Positions 30,533 through 38,476 of a stretch of 64,000 nucleotides of DNA are shown one piece after another. Position 1 is the first letter of the stretch. Every line of letters begins with the position of its first letter. Below the pieces are notes generated by a model. That model searched no databases and was not told the DNA's origin. It was given only the letters and a program-made list of their open reading frames with translations. Source of the stretch: a virus; the IMG/VR virus record IMGVR_UViG_3300032315_001572, positions 1 to 64,000 of that record. One strand, written 5' to 3'. The translations under genes were made by a program, and so were the position numbers.

Positions 30533-30557
30533 CATTTCTAAATATAGATAGTAACAT
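30529..30557 (+). promoter_or_regulatory. sigma70-type promoter
   Basis: TTGACA-17-TAACAT-8-ATG(30566). Confidence 0.7.
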
Positions 30558-30565
30558 TAAGTAAT

Positions 30566-31108
30566 ATGATATCATTTTATAAACCAAATAGTAAGAATAC
30601 AGGTACAGCTTGTAGTTTCAGTGTTAATTCAAAAGACAATTCAGTATGGGGATCATTAATCAAGCAAAGCTCTTGGAACGATGCCAAAAAGATTGGTTCT
30701 TTTTCTGAAAATCAAAATAATCCCAATAAAAGTGTTAAGGTTAAATTTTCATTAACAGAAGCAGCTGGACTTCTTGACTCTCTAGAAAGAAATACAGAAT
30801 TTTCGGCTTATCATACCTCAGAGAAACAAATTACAAAAATTAAATTAGCGCCCTATATTAGGGATGAAAAACAAGTTGGATTTTCGTATAGCGTAAATAA
30901 AGAAGACAAGCAAAATGTTGAAAACAAACAATCATATTTGATTGGTTTTTATTTTAACGAAGCAAGATTATTAAAAGAATTTTTGACTTATTCTTTAAAT
31001 TCTGTTTTTGAAGCTCAACGAATCGAAGCTATAAAGAAAGCAAAAAATTCCACAAAAGAAACTAAAGAAGTTGGCGAAGGTAATCAAGAAGATAGCGAAC
31101 TCTGGTAA
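30566..31108 (+). CDS. putative single-stranded DNA-binding protein
   Basis: Follows dnaE; beta-rich repeat-like core with helices; acidic-aromatic C-terminal tail (EGNQEDSELW) typical of SSBs. Confidence 0.5.
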   Translation: MISFYKPNSKNTGTACSFSVNSKDNSVWGSLIKQSSWNDAKKIGSFSENQNNPNKSVKVKFSLTEAAGLLDSLERNTEFSAYHTSEKQITKIKLAPYIRDEKQVGFSYSVNKEDKQNVENKQSYLIGFYFNEARLLKEFLTYSLNSVFEAQRIEAIKKAKNSTKETKEVGEGNQEDSELW

Positions 31109-33024
31109 TGGAACGAAAAAAGAAAGTTTTAATACAAACAGACTTCTCTCTAGCCAAAACTGGCTTTGGAAGAAACGCTAAAACTTTACTTAAACATTTA
31201 TATTTCACAAATAAATATGATCTAGTTCATTATTCGTGTGGAATGACTTATGATCATCCAGAATTTAAGAAAACTCCTTGGAAAACCGTAGGCTCTTTGC
31301 CTAATACTCAACAAGAACTCGATCAATTAAATAGAGATCCTAATTTAGCTAGAATGGCAAGCTATGGAGCACATCTTTTAGATAAAGTTATTAATGATGA
31401 AAAACCAGATATTTATATTGGTGTTCAAGATATTTGGGGGGTTGATTTTGCTATAGAAAAGCCTTGGTTTAATAAAATCGCATCAGTAATTTGGACCACT
31501 TTAGATTCACTTCCTATTCTTCAATCCGCTGTAACTAATGCTCCAAAGATTAAAAACTACTGGATTTGGAGTAATTTCGCTACAAAAGCTTTACATAAAC
31601 TTGGATATAGTCATGTTAAGACTATGCATGGCTCACTAGAAGATCAAGAATTTTATCGTTTATCGGATTTTGATAGAAATCAACTTAGAAAAAAACATAA
31701 TATTCCACAAGATGCATTTGTAATTGGATTTGTTTTTAGAAATCAATTAAGAAAAAGTGTTCCAAATTTATTACAAGGTTACGCTTTATGGAAAAAGAAT
31801 AATCCAGAAATTAAAAATACATATCTTCTTTTACATACTCATTGGGGAGAAGGATGGAATATTCATAAACTTGCTTCAGAATTTGGAGTAAATCATAACG
31901 AAATATTAACAACTCATATTTGTAGAAATTGTGGAGAATATGAAATTAAACCATTTTCTGGATTAGATACAGACTGTAGATTTTGTAAAGCACAAAAAAG
32001 TCAAACCACAACAAATGTATCAGTAGGAGTCACAGAGCAACAATTAAATGAAGTGTATAATTTTATGGATGTTTATTGCCATCCATTTACAAGCGGTGGA
32101 CAAGAAATACCAATTCAAGAAGCTAAATTAACTGAACTTATTACTCTTGTCACAAATTATAGTTGTGGAGAAGAAATGTGTGAGGTAGACGCTAATTCTC
32201 TCCCATTAGAATGGAATGAATATAGAGAGCATGGCACAGAATTTATCAAAGCTTCTACTTATCCAGAATCAATAGCTAAACAATTAAGTATTGTATATAA
32301 AATGCCACAACATAAAAGACTTGAAATGGGTAAAAAAGCTAGAGAATGGACTATTAAAAATTTCGGTATTCAAAACGTAGGAAAATCTATAGAAGAATTT
32401 ATAGATAAACAGCCATTAGCTGATTGGACCAAAGTACTAGAGAACTCTCAGGACAAGAAAGACCCATATTTTCAAATGCCGAATATTTTAGATGATGGCG
32501 ATTGGATATTATCAATGTATCATAATATTCTGAAAATGAAGAATATTGACAAAAATGATTCTGGCTATCAATACTGGATGGGTGAATTGGCCAAAGGCGC
32601 AAAAAGACAAGATCTAGAAAATTATTTCAGAAATGTAGCTTTAAAAGAAAGCGGAGAAGACAAACAAGTAAAATTCGAAGATCATTTAGATAAAAATGAT
32701 AAAGGCAGAGTAATTTATGTTATGCCAGAAAGCGCTGGAGACATCTTCCTTAGTACGTCTTTATTTAAATCTATTAAGAATAGATATCCAGATTATAGTT
32801 TATATGTTGCTACAAAACCACAATACAAAGAGATTCTAGAAGGCAACCCATATGTTCATAAATGGATTGAATATAATCCAATCATGGATAACCTAATTTG
32901 GTTAGAAGGCAATAATCAACATGATGGATACTTTGATATTGCTTATTTGCCATATACTTGCACTCAAAGAAATTTAAATTATCTTCACAATGGTTTAGAT
33001 AAAGTAGAATTTCAATTAACTTGA
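31108..33024 (+). CDS. GT4-like glycosyltransferase with CxxC..CxxC insert and C-terminal GT9-like N-domain
   Basis: TGFGR, FRNQLRK, LNEVYNFMDVYCHP..GGQEIPIQEA; CRNC and CRFC; C-terminal SAGDIFLSTSLFKSIKNRYP...ILEGNPYV. Confidence 0.8.
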   Translation: MERKKKVLIQTDFSLAKTGFGRNAKTLLKHLYFTNKYDLVHYSCGMTYDHPEFKKTPWKTVGSLPNTQQELDQLNRDPNLARMASYGAHLLDKVINDEKPDIYIGVQDIWGVDFAIEKPWFNKIASVIWTTLDSLPILQSAVTNAPKIKNYWIWSNFATKALHKLGYSHVKTMHGSLEDQEFYRLSDFDRNQLRKKHNIPQDAFVIGFVFRNQLRKSVPNLLQGYALWKKNNPEIKNTYLLLHTHWGEGWNIHKLASEFGVNHNEILTTHICRNCGEYEIKPFSGLDTDCRFCKAQKSQTTTNVSVGVTEQQLNEVYNFMDVYCHPFTSGGQEIPIQEAKLTELITLVTNYSCGEEMCEVDANSLPLEWNEYREHGTEFIKASTYPESIAKQLSIVYKMPQHKRLEMGKKAREWTIKNFGIQNVGKSIEEFIDKQPLADWTKVLENSQDKKDPYFQMPNILDDGDWILSMYHNILKMKNIDKNDSGYQYWMGELAKGAKRQDLENYFRNVALKESGEDKQVKFEDHLDKNDKGRVIYVMPESAGDIFLSTSLFKSIKNRYPDYSLYVATKPQYKEILEGNPYVHKWIEYNPIMDNLIWLEGNNQHDGYFDIAYLPYTCTQRNLNYLHNGLDKVEFQLT

Positions 33025-33032
33025 TATATCAT
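33005..33032 (+). promoter_or_regulatory. sigma70-type promoter (leaderless)
   Basis: TAGAAT-16-TATCAT-6-ATG(33039). Confidence 0.55.
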
Positions 33033-33038
33033 AAATAA

Positions 33039-34190
33039 ATGAGACTCTTGGACACATACGCAACAAATACAGGATCAAAAATAGATAAACCATTTATATA
33101 TACAAAATATTTTCCACTTCCTCAACAAGAATATATAACAATTCAAAGCCAAACTCCTTATGATTCTAGAAATTATTCATATTGGCAAGAAGTTATTAAT
33201 TTACTACAACCGTTTTTATCAAAAGCTAATATTTGCATAGTCCAAGTAGGAACAAAAGATGAAAAACAATTAGGTGGAGTAATTAATTTATTGGGGCAAA
33301 CCAATATAAATCAATTAGCTTATATTGTTCAAAATTCTAAATTACATTTTGGTGCGGATAGTTTTTGTGTACATTTAGCTTCAAGCTTCGATCTTCCTAT
33401 TGTTTCATTATATAGCATTAGTAATCCTAGTGTCGCGGGCCCACATTTTGGAAATAAAGATAAGCATATTCTACTAAAAGGATATGAAAGAATTGGAAAT
33501 AAAAAACCATCGTATTCACAAGTAGAAACCCCTAAATCTATTGATGCTATTAAACCAGAAGAAATTGCAGAAGGCATATTAAAATTATTAAATATTGAAT
33601 TTCCTAAAATGCCAGAAACAGTATTTATTGGTCAAGATTTTAATGTTAAAAGTTTTGAAATTATACCAGATCAACCCATGGATCTTAGCTCGATACCAGT
33701 TGAAAATCCAATTATCAGATTAGATTATTCTTTTAATGAAGAAGCTCTAGAGTCAATCTTATCTCAAAGAAAAAGCATAGTTTTCACTAATAAACCTATT
33801 AAAAAAGATACAATTGAAAAATACAAGCAAAATATCAATCAATTAATCTATATTATTGAAGAAGATAATAGCGTAAATTTTGTTAAATTATTAAAGAGCA
33901 ATTCTATTAATTATGTTCTATTATCATTCCTACCAGAAGAAGTTTTAAATAAATTTAAAATTGATTATATGGATTATAATTTAATCGTTAATAGAAAGCA
34001 TAAGACAAAAGAAGAGACAAAGATATCAAATATTGATAATTTTTATTATAATTCCTCAAGAACATTATATTCTTCTAAAGGTAAAAGTGTGTCTAAATAT
34101 GACTGGTTAAATGGAACTGGTAATAAAGTAGTAGACGATGTTGAATTTTGGAAAGAAGTAGATAATTTTTATATTTTTAAGTTGACTTGA
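33039..34190 (+). CDS. GT9-like (heptosyltransferase-type) C-terminal domain protein with extra C-terminal region
   Basis: RNYSYWQEVI, IVQVG, NLLGQTNINQLAYIV, HFGADSFCVHLA...PIVSLY. Confidence 0.78.
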   Translation: MRLLDTYATNTGSKIDKPFIYTKYFPLPQQEYITIQSQTPYDSRNYSYWQEVINLLQPFLSKANICIVQVGTKDEKQLGGVINLLGQTNINQLAYIVQNSKLHFGADSFCVHLASSFDLPIVSLYSISNPSVAGPHFGNKDKHILLKGYERIGNKKPSYSQVETPKSIDAIKPEEIAEGILKLLNIEFPKMPETVFIGQDFNVKSFEIIPDQPMDLSSIPVENPIIRLDYSFNEEALESILSQRKSIVFTNKPIKKDTIEKYKQNINQLIYIIEEDNSVNFVKLLKSNSINYVLLSFLPEEVLNKFKIDYMDYNLIVNRKHKTKEETKISNIDNFYYNSSRTLYSSKGKSVSKYDWLNGTGNKVVDDVEFWKEVDNFYIFKLT

Positions 34191-34210
34191 GATACAATCT
34201 ATAGTATCAT
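34182..34210 (+). promoter_or_regulatory. sigma70-type promoter (leaderless)
   Basis: TTGACT-17-TATCAT-6-ATG(34217). Confidence 0.75.
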
Positions 34211-34216
34211 TACTAA

Positions 34217-35035
34217 ATGAGCCCTAAAATTAAATCAGAAGAAAATACAATTTCAATTGGTAGTTCGGAGTTATTTAATGTAACTAATAAAGGATTAGAT
34301 ATTCAAATTGAAAATACCATTACACCAACGCCTCAAGTTACTCCTCCAAAGCTAGTAACCAGAAATAATTATGGTCTTATTGAAGATCAAACTTTAAATT
34401 ATGTATTTAATGATGATGGTACAATTAATTGGCGTAAAATGGTTAAAGTTGAACATCTTGTACCTAATAGACAAAAAACTCAAGAAACGGATGTTTCAAA
34501 ACTTCAAGATAAAGATCTTCTTATACTTTTAGGTGGAATTAAAGAGTTAGCTCAAATTAGAGGTTATACTAGTGTTGAGTATAAAGTGGTTGCCGCTTCC
34601 GAAAATTATTTTGCAACAAGTTGCAGGATTACTTGGCTACCAAATTATGAAACTGATGGAAAAGAAGTGATTTTCGAATCACTTGCTGATGCTACTTTAA
34701 ATAATACAAAGAGTTTCGCCAAATTCTTTCTAGCTGCAATTGCTGAGAATAGAGCGTTTGTTCGTTGTGTACGTAATTTTCTTAAAATTAATATTGTTTC
34801 TCAAGAAGAATTAGGAGACGCAAAGCTCCTTGATGATTCTTCACCTGTAAATGAAAATCCAACCTCTCCTCAGTTATTACTTGAAAAAGTTATGAAAGAA
34901 AAAGGAATTAATTTTGAAAACTTAAAAAAGAGACTAATTAAAGATAAATTTGATAACGCTGAAAATTTTAATACAGTTACAGATATACCAAAAGTTAAGA
35001 TCTTTGAATTAATTGATAGAATAAAAAAGATATAA
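34217..35035 (+). CDS. putative single-strand annealing protein (Rad52/RecT-like fold)
   Basis: GGIKELAQIRG, then three beta strands, then AIAENRAFVRCVRNFL helix, matching the SSAP core order; C-terminal helical domain. Confidence 0.5.
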   Translation: MSPKIKSEENTISIGSSELFNVTNKGLDIQIENTITPTPQVTPPKLVTRNNYGLIEDQTLNYVFNDDGTINWRKMVKVEHLVPNRQKTQETDVSKLQDKDLLILLGGIKELAQIRGYTSVEYKVVAASENYFATSCRITWLPNYETDGKEVIFESLADATLNNTKSFAKFFLAAIAENRAFVRCVRNFLKINIVSQEELGDAKLLDDSSPVNENPTSPQLLLEKVMKEKGINFENLKKRLIKDKFDNAENFNTVTDIPKVKIFELIDRIKKI

Positions 35036-35041
35036 TTTCAA

Positions 35042-36229
35042 TTATTCGTATGCCACATTTGTCACTTTATAAGAAGCGACTATATGAAGACCTGTGTAAC
35101 TTTGTAAACTATCATTATCCAACAGGATTTCTTGTGATGCAGAAAATTCATCTTTAAAATTTTTACGATTGCCAATACTAAAACTAGCAGAAATAATTGG
35201 TGGATTATCAAAAGTTGTATTTTCTCCTGGACAAGTAAGTTGCTCATCTTCTGATTCTAAACCGTAAAAATAAACTATCCCTGAGATACTTTTAATACCT
35301 TGCATAGATTCGAAAAATGTAGCGACTTTAACATAGGCTTTAGCTTTGTAAGTATTCTCAGAATTATCTACTGGAACAAAAATTGGATAGTAATAATCAT
35401 TGTCCTGTCCAATCCAACAAGCATCTTGGCCATTTCCACACTTAACCCCATCTTTATTTTGAGCTTGATTGCTTCTTAAAATACTATTTCTTGTATTTAC
35501 ACGTTGCGTAGAAAAAGTTCTACCTTTTGATAAAATTTCTATAGGACCAGCAAGAGTAGATGTTGCATTTGAAGAACTATTGCTCCACTGACTATATCCA
35601 GTGGTTTCGTCATTGAAATAGTTTTCAGCTTGCTCTGAACAACTAATACTAGTGCAATCGCCTTCAGTTGGACCACAACTTGAAGCGCCCGTACAACTTG
35701 TTCCAGAATCTTTTTCATCAATACCAAAAAATTCATCTATAAAAGAAGAACTCCAACTACAGTCTTCTTCACATCTAATAATTATTTCAGGATTATCATT
35801 TGAGCAAGTAACATTACTATTTTGAACATAACTGGATTTGACTTTTCTCGAATCACCCTTAATAGGCTCATATTGTGAACTATTATTAGTAAAGCTCATA
35901 TTACTAGATGAATATGAAACATATTGTATATATGATCCATACTGATCAACTTTTCTAACATAATCTTCGCTAACAAAATAACTGCCTCCACTTGCCGCAT
36001 CTCCATTTCCAGGGCCCCAGCAACAAAGGGTCTCATTGGGATTATCTGAGAAACCTGCCGTACTAGATCCCCCTCCACTACTAATTCTAGTAGTATATAC
36101 AGTACCCTCTGGAGTCTCTCCAATTAAACATGGAAAACCTCCAGGAATAATTGCAGCTGCTGTGCCTATTGCAAAAAAAGAAAAATTTGGAGCACAACCA
36201 TTGCAAGATCCATTACATGAACTACTCAT
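35042..36229 (-). CDS. Cys/Ser/Gly-rich hypothetical protein, late-type gene
   Basis: 395 aa; begins MSSSCNGSCNGC; many Cys; GTGTAA 8 nt upstream (36238-36243). Confidence 0.75.
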   Translation of the reverse strand: MSSSCNGSCNGCAPNFSFFAIGTAAAIIPGGFPCLIGETPEGTVYTTRISSGGGSSTAGFSDNPNETLCCWGPGNGDAASGGSYFVSEDYVRKVDQYGSYIQYVSYSSSNMSFTNNSSQYEPIKGDSRKVKSSYVQNSNVTCSNDNPEIIIRCEEDCSWSSSFIDEFFGIDEKDSGTSCTGASSCGPTEGDCTSISCSEQAENYFNDETTGYSQWSNSSSNATSTLAGPIEILSKGRTFSTQRVNTRNSILRSNQAQNKDGVKCGNGQDACWIGQDNDYYYPIFVPVDNSENTYKAKAYVKVATFFESMQGIKSISGIVYFYGLESEDEQLTCPGENTTFDNPPIISASFSIGNRKNFKDEFSASQEILLDNDSLQSYTGLHIVASYKVTNVAYE

Positions 36230-36237
36230 ATAAGATA

Positions 36238-36243
36238 TTACAC
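36238..36243 (-). promoter_or_regulatory. putative late promoter motif GTGTAA
   Basis: 8 nt upstream of ATG 36229. Confidence 0.6.
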
Positions 36244-36252
36244 CCGTTTAAT

Positions 36253-36549
36253 TTAAAATTCTTTATATTTAATCAAATGATTTCTAACAAAATATAAGTT
36301 AATAAAAAACCCACAAAATGCACTAAAAATATTACTTAAAAATGGATAAGTTAATTGAAAAAATGGATCAATAAAAAAACTAATAACTAAAGATATCCAA
36401 AAACTAGAGCATTCATGACAAAGCAAGGGTTTGTGAATATATGGAATTCTAGCAATAAAATTTCTAAAAGGTCTAGCAATTTCAGTATCGCTCCAAGCAT
36501 AAGTTACTCCCAAGCAAACAAACAAATATATTAAAAATTGATAAAACAT
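36253..36549 (-). CDS. small membrane protein, DUF1360-like
   Basis: Hydrophobic segments; PFR...LLCHECSSFW (CxxC-x-S-x-W) pattern. Confidence 0.6.
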   Translation of the reverse strand: MFYQFLIYLFVCLGVTYAWSDTEIARPFRNFIARIPYIHKPLLCHECSSFWISLVISFFIDPFFQLTYPFLSNIFSAFCGFFINLYFVRNHLIKYKEF

Positions 36550-37023
36550 TTAAATAAAATAAACAACTAATTTATCTTCTTTTTCTACAACGGAAAATGA
36601 TTTAAAATTAATCTTTTCTTCACTTAGTTTTTTAGCAACATTTTTCCAATCTTCTTCTGTTTTGCCAATTTCAAATATTCTTCCGCCACTATTTCTAAAC
36701 ATGTTTTGTTGCATCATTTGCATATGGTTCTCCATTTGGTTAGTTGGTGCTTGAGAATTTTTAATTTCTTCAGCCTTTTCTTGTATTATTTTTTGGATTT
36801 CTTCATTATTAATGAGGCTATTAAAATAACTTTCTTCAGCACTAATCTTAGCTTGAAGATGAGCTTTTACTCTGTTTTTGCAAGAACAGTTTGGATTGTT
36901 TCTGGAACTAGTAAGATCCGCTAAAATTTCTGGAAATTTATCTTTTAAAGAATTAAACAATGTATCATTCTTGATAAAAGTATTAAAAAACACTGGTGAA
37001 TTAAGTAGTTGTTGAAATGTCAT
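36550..37023 (-). CDS. hypothetical protein
   Basis: 157 aa, NPNCSC motif; sigma70-type TAGATT-17-TATAAT 9 nt upstream (37033-37061, - strand). Confidence 0.7.
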   Translation of the reverse strand: MTFQQLLNSPVFFNTFIKNDTLFNSLKDKFPEILADLTSSRNNPNCSCKNRVKAHLQAKISAEESYFNSLINNEEIQKIIQEKAEEIKNSQAPTNQMENHMQMMQQNMFRNSGGRIFEIGKTEEDWKNVAKKLSEEKINFKSFSVVEKEDKLVVYFI

Positions 37024-37065
37024 GTTTATGATATTATAGTATATATATTATAGAAAATCTAAAAA

Positions 37066-37872
37066 TTATGGCTGAAGGTATAGCACTTTTGTTTGATTAT
37101 ATTGAGCTTCATTATCACTACTAAATGTAGAATTTAAATTAGTAAGTATATTGTTGGGTAAATCAAATGTTGCTAAATTTATATTAGATTGATATTTTTT
37201 TATTGATATGTATTGTCCAACATCAGGACTAATGTATCCTGAATTTGGCAAATTACGGAGATTCGATACAAACGTAGTACTACTTGCGCTACTATTAAAT
37301 GAAATTTCTTGTTTTATTGGATATTGAATATATACAGTATCTGGCGAGTAATTTCCAATAGTGTAATTAACGATACGATTTACATCAACATTAATTCCAA
37401 AAGATTGAACTCGGTTAGAGTTGAAAAGCGTTAGATTTGAATCTATAAAACACGGATCTCCGATATTAAATGTATTTAAATTTATTGGTTTTGAAGTAAA
37501 AGATATTTCAGAAGCTGGCCAATTAAAAATAATTCCTCTTATATCAACTGTTGGATATTCTCCTAGTTTATAATTCAAAGAATAGTTGGTTAAATATCCA
37601 TTTGTAAATGTTACATATTTATCACCATATTCAATTCTACCAGAAAATGAATTAACACCAGTATAAGGCAAAAATCTATCACTATCACTTAATATATAAG
37701 ATAAATCAAATTGAGCGACTGGAAAACCATCTTTTGTATAGTTAATTGAATCATTTATAGATATTTGAGGAGCTATTTTAAGATCAACTCCAACATTAAA
37801 ACTTCTTACTCCAGATACTAAAGAATCATTTAGATAAAAGTTCTGATTTTCTATAGTATATACATTAAACAT
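37066..37872 (-). CDS. tail-tube-protein paralogue (possible baseplate-proximal tube ring)
   Basis: NGYLTNYSLNYKLGEYPT and VQSFGINVDVNR...IG....YPI align by eye with NAFLTSYSTEGSVGNFPT and IQSYTLSFDLGR...LG....FPL of 54150-55298. Confidence 0.6.
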   Translation of the reverse strand: MFNVYTIENQNFYLNDSLVSGVRSFNVGVDLKIAPQISINDSINYTKDGFPVAQFDLSYILSDSDRFLPYTGVNSFSGRIEYGDKYVTFTNGYLTNYSLNYKLGEYPTVDIRGIIFNWPASEISFTSKPINLNTFNIGDPCFIDSNLTLFNSNRVQSFGINVDVNRIVNYTIGNYSPDTVYIQYPIKQEISFNSSASSTTFVSNLRNLPNSGYISPDVGQYISIKKYQSNINLATFDLPNNILTNLNSTFSSDNEAQYNQTKVLYLQP

Positions 37873-37881
37873 TAATTATAA

Positions 37882-37902
37882 TTACACTACTTTTTAGTGT
37901 AA
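37882..37902. promoter_or_regulatory. divergent pair of GTGTAA late promoter motifs (inverted repeat TTACACTA-n5-TAGTGTAA)
   Basis: Motifs face the genes starting at 37872 (-) and 37924 (+). Confidence 0.7.
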
Positions 37903-37923
37903 AATATAAGAGGTAAAAGGTAT

Positions 37924-38472
37924 ATGGCTAGTATTTTTGATACAGTTCCATCTTGGAATTCTGGTAGTACTTATAACAAGTACGATATAGTGTTAGGTAG
38001 TGATGGAAAATACTATTATTCAATAATAGATTCTAATGCAGGGGCTGGGAATAATCCAGTAACTCCTGGGAATCTTCAGCTTGATTGGGATGGATACATT
38101 CTTTTAAATAGCGTATTATATCCTAATTTTTGGTGGAAACCTTCTTATGATGCAAAAATTAATACTAAACCAAGAATTAAAGTAAATAAATTTGGAAATG
38201 GATACGAACAAAGAATTAATGATGGAATAAATAATAATTTAATAGAATTTTCATTAGTTCTTGACAATAGAAGTGAAAAAGAAACTGTTTCAATTCTGCA
38301 TTTTTTACAACAAAGAAATGGCCAAGAATCTTTTGTATATAATTTGCCTACGATTTATTCAAAATCATCAACAAATTTAATTACTAGATTTATTGCTCCA
38401 GAATGGGGTTCTTCTTATGTGTCATATAATAACTATAAAATAGATTTAAATCTTATAGAAGTACCAGTTTAA
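37924..38472 (+). CDS. distal tail protein, lambda gpM-like, with N-terminal carbohydrate-binding-like module
   Basis: KFGNGYEQRINDGINN...FL..RNG.ESF matches gpM; WNSGSTYNKYDIV resembles CBM5/12. Confidence 0.8.
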   Translation: MASIFDTVPSWNSGSTYNKYDIVLGSDGKYYYSIIDSNAGAGNNPVTPGNLQLDWDGYILLNSVLYPNFWWKPSYDAKINTKPRIKVNKFGNGYEQRINDGINNNLIEFSLVLDNRSEKETVSILHFLQQRNGQESFVYNLPTIYSKSSTNLITRFIAPEWGSSYVSYNNYKIDLNLIEVPV

Positions 38473-38476
38473 TATT

